64,000 nucleotides of DNA from the NCBI GenBank assembly GCA_000165425.1, contig CT867988.1:155370-219369 (forward strand). The letters run 5' to 3'. The notes below the pieces were generated by a model. That model searched no databases and had not been told where the DNA came from. It saw nothing but the letters and a program-made list of their open reading frames with translations. Shown here one piece after another: positions 24,649 through 37,514 of this stretch. Each line of letters starts with the position of its first letter. The first letter of the stretch is position 1. This stretch comes from Paramecium tetraurelia (lineage: Eukaryota). The translations under genes and the position numbers were made by a program.

Positions 24649-27398
24649 ATGAAGGAGCCTTAAAAAAACTCAATCTTAAAACTATGGCCTCACTATTAAA
24701 AAATTTTGAAATCTTCAAAATATTCTTAATGGAAGTAGAATGATTTAATTTGTAAAAGGAGCATGTTTTATCATACAGCTATTGCCTTTAGTGCCTTTTA
24801 TGTTTTAATCAGACTAATAGTAGAAATTATCAAAATAGAAAACATGATGAATATTTTTCAATTAACCCTTTTTATTGTCTTAGAGATCATAATAACATGC
24901 ATCTACACATTTTGTAAGAAAATATAGATTTACTTTCTTGCATAATATTGCTTGATTTCAGTTTATATCTTGATAACAGTATAAAATGAAGAAATAAATA
25001 AGATCTACATTTTCCTCTATATGATACTCGTTAATAGCCATTCTAACTTAATAATAAAGATTTTCCTCTATTTATATTTTATCTTCACAGTCATATTTTT
25101 TTACAAGTTTGAACCCCTTGAGATATGTCTCATATGTTCAACCGCCTTTATTCACAATTATTAGTTGGAATCTCACTTCATTGCCAATTATATAAAATAG
25201 TTAAAGCTATTATCTATTATCGAGCAAATGCCTAGTGCAGTTTGCATCGTAGATTAAAACACTAAACAGATCACATACTCCAATTCATTATTTGAGAAAT
25301 TAGCCTAAACTTTATAAGTAACAGATGAATTGGCTCAATCAATAAATAATCAGAGCAAAGAACAATAGTAAGTAGATTTTATAGAGAATTCTAAGTTTTT
25401 GTTGAATTGAAAATATGATGGATTCTCGATCTCTGATTTTATTCCATAAATAAATGATGAAGGCATAACGGACGACCAATATAAGATAGTCAATGTAGAT
25501 TTTAAAAGGTAGCCGTCATAAAATACCTTATAAAATGTAAGTTTTATGTGTCCAAATTCAGCCTCCTTAAAAAAGAAATCCAAAGATATCTTTAGTGATA
25601 TCAATACAAATGATTATTTACTCAATTCTTCTAGAAAAAGTTATGTAACAACCATACATTTGTAAATACAAATAAGTCATCAACCTAAGTCATTTATTTT
25701 GTCAGCCAAAACAAAAAGAAGGAAAAAATCATCGAATAATATGAATCTCAGCAAATAGAGTTCAAGAAATTTGGGCCAATTTACTAAAGTATAAGAAATC
25801 TAAAATTCAATATATTGCGAAAATCTGAAATTGTCTCCAAATCATACAGAAACCATGAATCATAACTTAGTGGAACATAGTGAACAATATAAATTCATTC
25901 ATGATGGATTTGGATAGTAATCGTGTACTAATCATAAAGTCAGACTTATGGTTAATTTGATATAAATCAATGATGTCTTAAATGAGAAACAAGATTATTA
26001 AATCTATTGTATTAACGAATTAAGTCCTTTGCTATTGTAATATACAGTTAAGAAATTAGAATAAGCCAAGAAAACCATAATGAGATCTTTGTCTCATGAA
26101 TTAAGAACCAGTCTAAACGCAGTGAATGGTTACATTAGTGAAGCTTACGAGAGAATAGATAATATTTAGCAACTCAACAAAAACTTAGAATTATCTTTGA
26201 AATATATTACTTTAATGTAGCTAAAACTATAAGATTTTTTTGATTACAGAGATATTTTGGAAGATCAATTTGAATTAAAGATTGAGAAATTTGATTTAAA
26301 TAGTGCCATCAATTTTTGTGTGGATTTAATCAAAGTACAATGTTACGAAAAGAAACTAAATCTCAACCTTGAAATGCCTTCAGAGACAATAATAGCCATC
26401 GGAGATAAAAATAGATTCCAGTAAGTATTGATCAATCTATTAACAAATGGAATTAAGTTCACTTCTCAAGGAGGAATAACAATTCAAGTAAGTAAGGACT
26501 TTTAATTGGATTCAATTTCATGCATAGAGGAGGTCAAGGAGATCAAATAACAATAGCTTGTGCAGATCAGAATAATCGATAGTGGCATAGGAATGAAGGA
26601 GGAGTTAAAAGGAATTCTAAATAAGAAAGTATATCAAGATTTTATTTAGTTTCTTTCGGTAGATGATGATCCAAAGATTTCAAAGGATTCAGTTGGGATT
26701 GGATTAGGTTTGAGTGTTTGCTAATATATAATTAAGGCAATGGGTCCCTAAGGTTTAAATAGTTTATTTTTGGAATCTATTATTGGAGGAGGATCGTAAT
26801 TTTATTTTTTTTTAAATTATGATGCCATACAAAAGTATCATAATGATGAAGATATTCCTGAGTCGGAAAATAAGGAATTAACTTAGGTTAGATTGAGTCC
26901 AACGAAGAGAAGTTTGCTAAAACGAAATGTATTAATTTGTCCATTAAGTTTTATTAGGCGACTTTTCCTAATACAGATTGCAATTCTAATGATATATTGA
27001 TAGTGGATGATGAACATTTCAATCTAGATATTTTATCAAATATTATTCGAAATTTGAATTCACATCATAAGAAGTATGAAATTACGATGGCTTTTAATGG
27101 TTATTAAGCTTTGGAGAAGATCTAATAAAAAAGAATACAGAATTGTTGTTGTCTTGGATTCAGGGCAATTTTGATGGACATAAATATGCCAGTTATGAAC
27201 GGTTGGGACTGTGTCAAACAAATCAGAATATTCGAAGATTAATATCAAGTTTAGAGGAAAATTCCAATTATAGCCATCACTGGATATGGAGGAAAAAAAG
27301 ACGAAGAAAAATGCCTAAAGTATGGATTTGATTGTGTATCTACAAAACCTACGAATAAATAAAAAATATTAAAGATATTTTAAGAATATAAAATATGA
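24649..27398 (+). CDS. Membrane-bound hybrid histidine kinase (multi-TM, PAS-like, HisKA, HATPase_c, receiver)
   Basis: H box SLSHELRTSLN; N box QVLINLLTNGIKFT; G1 DSGIGM; G2 GIGLGLSVC; receiver ILIVDDE, LMDINMPVMNG, PIIAITG, KP; hydrophobic N-terminal segments. Confidence 0.92.
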
Positions 27399-27570
27399 TG
27401 GAATAAATGTTTGTACTATTATCAATTTATTAAATTCAAAAAACTGAATTATTCATTTTTGAGAATAGTATCCTTATATTTCTATAATTATACATCCATA
27501 ACACATGTGTTTATATATGAGAATTGAAAAGTGAATAATAAAAGATTGATACATAAACATACAATATAGA

Positions 27571-29732
27571 TCATTGTAATCTATTCTATATACTATCAGG
27601 GGATTAATTGATTTCTAAATCTTTAAATGATTCCTTGCTACAAATAGCTTCCGAATTGTTTTTAGCTTCATCAAATTCATCTGGAACATCTAATTTATAA
27701 TTCTCCATCTACTATTTTTAGTTTTCTTAATTTTATTCTATTTCAAAGGTCATATAATTCTGTTAGACTAAACGAAACAAACTCTAATTCTGCATAGCAA
27801 ATTACATCAGTTATTGGTTTATTTACCAATTCTGATTTTTATTTTGGTTAATTTTTTAAAAGTTCTCAACTAAATCTTCTGCATTTTCAGCTCCTAATTG
27901 AGCTTTGAAAAACCTTGCCAATTTAGCAAGTCTTACATTTATTGGTACTAAATTTAATACACATAGAATTACTTGTTGATGTTGCAGCATATTAATATAG
28001 ATTTTGATTATCTTATTTCGCTTAAGAATTAGAATGTTACTATAATGGATTAATTGATCTATTTTATTTGACAGTGGCTTTTAAAAAATCAAATAATTCT
28101 TTTTAGTCTGTCATCTGGTCTTGAAAAACAGGGGAACTAAAAGTATTAAAAAGCACTAATTGATCATCATCAAATAAGAATAGTTTTAAACAATCGATTT
28201 CATAAAGCTTTTTCAATATATTTGTCAAATCCAAATCAAGTTCTATTTTCGACTTTGCTATTTAAGATATAACAAGTTCTTTTTCTTCAGATATTTAAAA
28301 ACATTTCCCAAAACAGATTTTCACTAATTTACGAATCCGATAGAGTAAATATTTATGGAATGAATAATTTATTGTATAATCTAAAATCTATAGATTAAAA
28401 TGCATCTATACTTGTTGTAATTAAATTTTTTAATTTTTGCTAGAATTCAATCTATTAGGAGCTAATGTTTAATTAATATTGCTTTGCATTCTTTTTTATA
28501 CGGCTTTGAAATCAAATTTAAATACTGAATTCATGAGGATTTCGAATGCTTTATGGTGATTATAGAATTTATAAACAATTTTAATAGCCTGCATTACAGC
28601 TAGACACAGAGCGGTGGCTTCAGATACAGCTGACAAAATTATAGAAGGAAGATCTTGTTAATTGACAAAATAATAAGATGTGTCAGAAGATGCTCTATTA
28701 CAATGAATTCTCACAATATACCTTAAATAAAATGTGCAAAGTGCTGATCCTGAAGCAATTGTTATAGGTTCTTATCTTCTTTCTTATCTTTAAACCACTG
28801 AACTATTGTAAAGTATTTCAGTGTCTTCAACATTAAATAAGCCACTAAAATATTAAATTTTTCCTAATTTAATTATTGATAAGTACTTAAATCCATTTGC
28901 AAAGGCTGCATATAAATATCCTCATTATCTCCAATACCTGTAGTCAATCTCCAAAATATATTGTTAGAAAAGATGTCAGCAGGATTTGTTTGATTAAGGG
29001 ATTGCTTAATCTTAGACCCTCTAATGAACATATCCACGTTCACTCTATTGATATCTCTATATCTTACCCTTAATTAATAAAATCCTCAATTTCCTTAGAA
29101 GATTTACAAGAACTACTTGTTTTATTGTTGCATACACTCAGAGTTAACTTAATATAGGCAAAGTAAGGTTCATAGAATTGTCCCTATAAAGTGAAATTTC
29201 CGTTAAAGCAAAGCAAACTTTATTATTATTCTTCAGTCATCGAAGCAGAATTAAAATTAAATTTCTAGATCGATTCCTAGGAACATTTAGATTAATTCAA
29301 ATCACTATAATTTCTAGTAAATCCAATCTTTCCTTCCACTCTTTACTATTGTATATATTAAGCAGATAAAGTAAAATAACTAAACAGATGAATATATATT
29401 TAATACTTTTTAACATCTGTATTATTAGTTAAAATGGTTCCATCTAATTTTGAAATTTCCATTGCAAAGTGAGTGTTATCATTACTTAAGATAAATTAAG
29501 CACTTTAATCACTTTAAGTACCAGCATAAATGGCATTTTAATTTTAGATACTTCGTTAAAATACGCCTACAACATAAAATGATGTGAACACTAATAGCAA
29601 AATGCTGAGAAATCCACCTATAAGTAACCATAAAACAAAACCTATTGGAGTTAAGGATTTTTCCTTATGTGAAATATTAAATTCATAAGGATCAACCAGC
29701 AAATCCGCTTTCTTTATAAGATTGCTTAACAT
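27571..29732 (-). CDS. Ciliate-family two-TM protein with large ectodomain and long cytosolic tail
   Basis: MLSNLIKKADLLVDPYEFN..LTPIGFVLWLLIGGFLSILLLVFTSFYVVGVF (TM1), long hydrophilic loop, IILSAVSEATALCLAVMQAIKIVY (TM2); TGA at 27571. Confidence 0.7.
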
Positions 29733-29982
29733 ACTTTAAAAATTGAATTTTTTTATTAATTTATAAAAAAGTATAATTGCATTTTAAAAAACAGAAAAGA
29801 GAGGAGATCGGATATTCTATTCGGAGTTGATAAATGAATTGAGAGATTTATTTATAAATTGTGAGTTTTAGTAAGAATATGAATCTGTAATTTAAAATTT
29901 GAACAAATAATTAAATGCAAAATTATAAGAAAGAATTGTTATAGATGGTATATCTGAGTTTAAAAATGATATTTATTATTTT

Positions 29983-31349
29983 TCATGCACTTGGCTGTTC
30001 CTTTCTTTGCCTCATCTAAATTATTTTGATATATACTTCATTAATAACTGATTTAACAAAATTTGGATATACTTTCCACAAAAGTAAACAATAATCTAGA
30101 ATTCTCTCATTGTACTTGTATTCTCCATTATCATCAATAGTGAATCCTATTTCTGATAATTTCTAATGGTTTTATTTAATATGATTTTTCAATTAATTAG
30201 GACGTTTATATCCTTTTTAACACTTATGATAGGGACATTTGAAAAAGTTCTTTTCAGCACTATAAGATTGTTACTTGTATTGCTTAATGCGAACTTCCTC
30301 AAATAAACGCTTGATCTTTTCTTCAGCAGTGCAGTTTTCTACAAAAAAGTTAAAACAATTATACTTTTTTCTAGTGATTCTCTCTACCTTTAGACAAACT
30401 CTTCACTTACTAAAGGAAATAAGTTTTAAAGATCTTTTTCAGGTATTGGATTTGATTATTCAACTTCTTCCTAGATTTTTTCTGTTTCCTATTTTCCCTC
30501 AGGTTTTATTGATGGTTTTTTATTTAAGTCTGGTTGCAAGTGAATATTTGGTTAATCTGGACCTGGGGGTTAATTATCAAAAGCTGTAAATTTAGTTTTG
30601 GGTATTTACAGAGATTTGAAGAATTCTTAAAGAGCTTTTTTGGCAGTAAGGAGATTGTTTCCTAATTTTAAATACCATTCCTTCAAGAATTTGAATTAAA
30701 TTTAAACAGTTTAGCCTTCAGGCTTATTATCTATTTAATAATGATATATTTTTACTTGCAATATCTAAATGGAGAATTTATATTTATTTTTTAGTTTACT
30801 CAGATTTTAGCTGTTTTATTTGACCTTTCGTAAGTATTGTTACGATATTATCAACACCATTAACTTCAATTTCATCAGTATCTTCTAATTTGAAATCAAT
30901 TTTTAATTTTTATTATTATTGATAAGGATATGGTTATTGCAAGTATACATTCATATTTTAGTCATCCTCTTTTTATTCTTTTTAAGACCTATCAAGAGTT
31001 ATTATAGATAACATCCTGTTACCTAACTAGAATTTTAAAATTATGTCTTATTGATCATTTATAAATGTAGTGCTATTTAATATATAAAAGAACAATTACT
31101 TGATGGCTGAATTGGATTATAAGATAAATGTAACTTTTTCTTAGAAAATGCCTTTTGGTATTATGAATGAAATATACTTAAAGTTTAGGTACTAGTTGGA
31201 GGTCTAATTGTACCAGGGAGGCATTGATAACTAGCTGAAATTCTATTTCTAGAAATTGGCCCAGGGTTCTTTTGAGATTGATTAAATGATTCGATAAGTG
31301 TTTATAGATTCTTATCTAAAGCAAAAGAATTTGAAAACTTAGGAAGCAT
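29983..31349 (-). CDS. Uncharacterised protein
   Basis: ATG 31349 (MLPKFSNSF..), code-6 frame with micro-introns to TGA at 29983; no recognised domain. Confidence 0.6.
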
Positions 31350-31442
31350 AATGAATTATAAAATAATTAATTTAATTAGAATTCAATAGGTTTAATTGAT
31401 AAGAGGAATTTATGATTGTGAATATTATTATGTTATTATTTT

Positions 31443-32519
31443 TCAATTATTGCTTTGACTCTTCTGCTTGCGAACGTAGATCTATTGGACATCTGGCTAG
31501 ACAGATAGACTTGAAAGTCTAGAAATAATAAATAATTTAATATAAACGCCTTCTATGATCTAAATTAATCTTCATGAATGATTTTATGTTATTTCTATTA
31601 GTGAATGAAGTATTCTGAGACAAGCCTAGGGATTGCATCATGAATGGGTAATTCTATTTGTTTGGAAAGAATCCATCCTGCTCAATCTGATAGTCCATTT
31701 TCAAGATTCCAGTTTCTTCTTTAAATTTGAGATTGGCATTGATTTACTCTTGAGTTTTCTGTTTTTCTTCTTCACTCATCATCTAATATTGAAAATTCAC
31801 TCCGATTTATTTGGCATAGCCCAATCTGAAATAAAGCCAACTATCGAATTCTGATGGGTTTTGTAGACTCTTCAAACTCCATTATTTACCACCCAAAATA
31901 CTTTTATTTTTCAAAGACATTGTCATTTTGGTTTTGTCAATTAAAACCGCGTTTAGATGATCACCCACTTAAATTTTCTCAAAATTAATGTAATAAGTGA
32001 AAATGGAGAAATCCTCAATCTTAGTATATATGGGAATGCAATACCACATCTTATTCATAAATTACTCCTTTCATTCTCATGACATTGATCTAAGTTAACT
32101 GTGAGAGCAAATGCTTTTATCTCTTAAATTATTAGAAATCAGCTTATCTCACTTGATGTTGGGAGGTGATACATTTGTCACTGAAGGCGAGAAATTTTTG
32201 TAAAATAACATCTAGCCTTCCTTTGGCTATGTTTTTTTTACTTACGATGACTTCAAAGATGAATCCAGGTTGGAGAATCTAAGATAATGAAAGCCTCTTT
32301 ACTTCATAGACTGCCTCACAATCCATGCTTTCATCTGGAAACCCTACAGATGCAAATCCTAAATCTAATGCCTTATTTATATAAGGGATTATTTATTATT
32401 ACTTCTTCTTATCTTTTTAGTTTACTGTAAGTGGTGATCATGTCAGATTTCCTCTGATACACACTCTCCAATAACTAATTGGCTTATGTTTCAATGTCTT
32501 AGATTGTTTATTATTACAT
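31443..32519 (-). CDS. S1/OB-fold protein resembling the N-terminal half of TTC14 (no TPR seen)
   Basis: QPGFIFEVIV..IQVGDHLNAVLIDKTKMTMSL..FRLG..DYQIEQDGFFPNKQNYPFMMQSLGL resembles recalled TTC14 S1 region. 3' end is 31443 or 31383 depending on last-intron donor. Confidence 0.5.
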
Positions 32520-32563
32520 TAATATATAAATTATCCATAAATTAAAGTAAAAAAATTTGTATA

Positions 32564-32989
32564 TCAAGACAATAACATGTTTTCTTTGCCAACCTAGAAT
32601 ATTCTTTACTTTTGCAAGACCTTGACATCACTTTGATTTCTGTGTTACATGAGGGTTTATCCAGTGTTGATGAAATTGAAAGTGTCTGCAGGTTTTTAAA
32701 TTGTATCATCAGTGTTATCTAGTAGTATTTCCTCATCTCTACACTTGTGAATGTCTTCCTCATTGATTTCTAAGTGATCTATATCTGATTATTCATTTTC
32801 TTAATATTAATTGTCTTAATCCAAGTTATCTTGATTTAAATCCTCTTTTTTTGAATTTTCGATCTCAACCTAAGCTGGCCCATCCACAATGTAATTGATG
32901 ACAGAGATGACTGGATCTTCCTGAATTTATCGGTTACTGGCTTGATTTGACTATTTGGCAATTGGTTTACTAGATGAACATGCTCCCAT
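32564..32989 (-). CDS. Small acidic protein with N-myristoylation/palmitoylation-type N-terminus
   Basis: Intronless 141-aa ORF starting MGACSSSKP, D/E/N/Q-rich; TGA at 32564. Confidence 0.65.
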
Positions 32990-33046
32990 TTCAAAATCGT
33001 TAATTATTTTAAAATTAAAATTATATATATTATGTCTAATAATTTG

Positions 33047-35836
33047 TCAATATTAAAGGAAAGCAATAACTAGACATATCGTTCCTAGCATCCAGGAATA
33101 ACTATTCTCAATAACTGTAGTATTAGTCACTGTTGTTCCATTGCAAGCCAAACATTTATTGGTGGTCTTATCCCAATAATAGTTTTTGGCACTGTTGATA
33201 AAACACGTATCTTCAGTTAGATCTGAAATGTTGGCTGATTGACAAGTCAACTGTATTTCTGCACAAACCTAATACTCTGTTTCACTAAAGGCAACCAAAG
33301 GGAGACAAGTACTACCAGAATTCTTGCTTTGACATGTGTATGGCTTGCAAGAACTTGAACCCCCATTACTGGGTTTTGGTGTCCATTTACAAATATCTGA
33401 TTTCTTTTTGCACCCTTTTTCGAATGAATTGGCATCTTCGCATTTAGTCATTACAGAACAAGCACTGTTATTCCAAGTGCAAACACCATCAGTTCCATCG
33501 AATCCACAACTATTCTCTGTCTTATATGATGCACATGTAGACTTAGCCACACAACTAGATGTATCTGCTAAACAATTGGCTAAGGTTGTACATTACTTGA
33601 CATCTGTGATATCAGTGCATACTTTCAATCTACATTTACTATTCACTGTATCATATATGCAAATACCATCTGATCCATATTTACATAAATCACTTATAGT
33701 GTAACCATCACATTTTTAGATATCAATGCATTTGCTAGTATCAGTTGTACATTTAACATTTGCTAATTAACAGTCCCCATGAGTTGTTTTTATTATATCA
33801 GTGCATTTTTAATCTCTACATTTTAATGTTGTTGTATCCCATTAACAAAACTTATTATCTGTTGTGATCTAACAATTATCTTGTATGGTATAAGTGGAAC
33901 ATGAACTTGATAAGTCCATGCATGTTTTTTTGTCTGAATTGACTGTGCATGTCTTTTTTTCACGGTAACATTAAAAATGAGTGGTAAAAATCATCTATGT
34001 GCATTTTGTAAACTTCTCACATATTGTATTATTGCTTTTATCAAGGTTTCTTACACAATCTCCATCTGTACCAATATAACATCCAGTTTATTGTGTTTTT
34101 GCACAACTTGTAATTGGAACACATTTTGTACCATCAGTTGTGCACTTGCTATTTGCTAGATTACAAAACTAATGAGTTGTACCAGGCAAACTAGTGCAAT
34201 CCAAAAAAAGGAAACATTAACTATCAATCCATAAACAAGGTCCCTCTTTTGAAATAACACAACTAAGTGAAAGTTTATAGTCACTACATTTGGCTGCTTA
34301 AGCAATGCATTTGGTGCCATCAGAAGTACAAGTATCTAATTAGTCGTTGCATTCAGAATGACTAATGTAGACAAGATCAGAGCAAGTCTTAACTTTGCAT
34401 GCAGAACTTAACCAAAGGCATTTCTGTTTTAATGAATCAGTTTTGCAAGCAGGTTCTGTTTTCATATCAGTACATGTTCCACTAGAAGAACATCCTGCTC
34501 CAGTTGTGTAACATTTATCTAGATATTTGTTGCATGCATCATCAGTAGTCATAGATGTTGGGGCATTAGCACAAGTAAATGATACACATTTGCTGTCCTA
34601 CCATATACATGTACCTAATTTAGTACATAACTGTGATGTTAATGCATCTGTACATTATTTTTTAACACATTTAGTCTATCCAGCATTAGCAGTGCAAATA
34701 CTTAAGAATTTATTACAATTTTCAGATGTATAGGTATCAACTTAAGCATTATCACAATCATAATTAACACATAATTGTTTAGACTTATTCCAATAGCATT
34801 GGTGTCCCTCAATAGTAGAAACACATTATGTGACATATTGATATGATGAGCATTCTGTTTCTCTCGTTTTACATCCGAGGTTGTCATCATCAATGGTACA
34901 AGTGGCTAAGAATTTGGAGCACAATTGATCATTTGTGTAATCATCCGAAGCTTGAGTACAAATGTAATCAACACATTTCCCAACATCTTTGCCCTCCACT
35001 TAAGTGACAAGCCAAAGACAATTTCCTTACACTCCTATTTTGCATGTGTCATTAAACTTATAATTGACGCATTCATCTTTATCTTTACATGTATTTGATA
35101 TGCCTTCCGATGTTTCTGCCAATACACAGTTGTCTTTATAGTTCTGACAATCATCAACTGTTTTACCGTTTCCATTTGCACAAGTGTAATCGTAACATGT
35201 ACTTGTTGTTTCATTCCACTTGCATTCCATGCTTTGATCCAAATTAGTTACACATTATGATTTCGTTTTTTAATCACTACAGTTCTTTCCTGAATCAACA
35301 CATCCTGAATTGGTTTCATTAACAGTGCAATTTGAGAGTTTTGAACGGCATTCTTAATTTGTTTTTAAAGTCGTAGGTAAATTCTTACAAGCAGTAACAG
35401 TTTTACATTGAGGTTTCGCTGCATCACTTTCATCATAATAACAATATTGTTAAGCACTATCAATGTAGCATGATGTCTTAGTTAAGTAAGTATCACAAGT
35501 AGATAAAGGGACACACCTTTCCCCATCCGATGTACACATATCAAATATATTATTACAAGCATCAAATGTCTTACCCAAATAAGCTGTACATCCAGCAAAC
35601 ATTTGACATTAATTCTCATACAGAGCACATCCTTAAACCGGACATTTAGCTATTGTGCTTGCTAATTTACAATACGTTTCCTGCTCTCTATCCTTGCATT
35701 GACCATTCTCATATTTGCATTGTATTCTTTTACAATCGGTTTCGTTCTGAATTTCACTACAGGTGCATCCCTTGTCCAAAACAGTATCACCCCTTATCTA
35801 TATCACTAAGACTAGTAAGATTATTTTTCTTAACAT
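33047..35836 (-). CDS. Cys-rich GPI-anchored surface-antigen-like ('mini-antigen') protein, 929 aa
   Basis: Intronless 2790-nt frame; signal MLRKIILLVLVIQIRG; periodic Cys repeats with CxW motifs as in Paramecium surface antigens; C-terminal SYSWMLGTICLVIAFLQY GPI-type signal. Confidence 0.9.
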
Positions 35837-37514
35837 TAATTATTATTTGAATCAAAATAATCTCTGATTTACTATTCAATTTATATACATTTAGTCATCC
35901 ATCTAATACTTATAAATTTTTGTAAACAATCAACTTGTGTTATTCACTATCATAAACATCCATTACCATTCTCACATCAGATCACAAATTTATATTATTT
36001 CATTTATTATAAGCTCAATCAATATTTTATCTTCTGTCCATTCATTGTTTAAACACCATTTATACTAATATTGTCCTAAATGCATATTTGTATCGTACTT
36101 CAGCTCTTATACTAATTTCACTATATTTTGCTGCTTCGATCATCCAATATATATTCCTAAATTTCGATTCTACAAATCTTAAACAACCTCAAACTAACGG
36201 TATCCTTACAAATTTAATACTTTGTCGCTTCAAAATGAAAAATCTTAATAAATTATATTGTCAACCACTATTGGTTCTCAAATTAATAGCGCAAATCTTT
36301 ACTAAATTGGTTTAATTTAATTACTATCCTTTTTTTGATTTTTATTATATTACTGTAATAAATAGTTTCACCGTTTTTCTAAATCTACGTTTTTTAGGTA
36401 TATTGTGTTGTTATTTATAATTCTATCTTCCTTGAATTCTTTTTATAATTACAATCCGTTAAGTTAACTAGGCTACTTCGTCATTTTATTAGGTTTTATT
36501 CCACTAAAATTACTATATTACACAACAGTAGTTACGAATATCAATTATATATGTTGATTCCTACCACGAGGTTATCATATCGAAACAAAAAATCTAATAG
36601 AAATATATTATTGAAATCTCTTAAAATAACAAAACTAATTAATATTGTATTGTTAATTTCACACTCTATGTTTAATGAATATGTTATAGGCATATTAATA
36701 AAGATCTTAAATCCTCAATCTTGAATGCTTAATTTTTAATTATTATTTCTTTATAACCTATCTAGAGAGATATAACATGAGAAAACGAAAACATCATTTA
36801 TTACTAATCCTGAATTAGATACCTATTTTTAAAACTCTTTAAAATAATAAGATTTTATTCTATAAATAAATTGAAAAAATAATAAATTTCAATTGGTTCT
36901 TATTATCAGACTCAATCTATATTATTTAATTTTCTTTGGATACTTTTCGTATTAGTTTTGAATCAAAGAATCTTCAAAATGGAATATAAATTACTCGAAT
37001 TATTTAGGTTTCTATTAGTAATACTAAGAACTATTATTAAAAAGTGTGAACTATTGGCTTGAAATTGTGATATTATTAATGTTTATTCATAAATGATATC
37101 CAATTTAGATGAAATTATCTTTAAATGAGGATGTCAGTTATTTTTATCAAATAGTTCGTTTGTTTGGATTGATTTATATTTTATAATAATATTCGAATTT
37201 AAAATTTAATTATTGATAAGTACAAAGAATTTAAAATTAAGATGGGTGAGCTAAAGAATATATGATGCATTTTAATTATAGTTTTGAAAGTGTTATCAAA
37301 TATTTAAAGATATGAAAATGGTTCAATTTAAAATAAGATTTTTATCTTTATGATAAATTTAATATTCCTCTAATCTAATACACCCATATTAATAGGTAAA
37401 AATATAAAGAATAGACTTGTGAATACTCTTTGTGATCAGATATGATACTTAAATAATTAACATCATAATTAAATTAATTAACTTTTCTTAGAAAATGATA
37501 ATTAAACAAAATAA

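Noticed and set aside
33047..35836. Periodic repeats and overlapping antisense ORFs in the track
   Set aside because: Explained by the Cys-periodic surface-antigen-like protein; no identical DNA repeats with spacers, so not CRISPR or a mobile element.
35900..36320. Myb-like fragment on the minus strand (EWTEDKILIELII) and the plus-strand 75-aa track ORF
   Set aside because: A single short motif among in-frame TGAs; no gene or confident pseudogene could be built. The plus ORF has no support.
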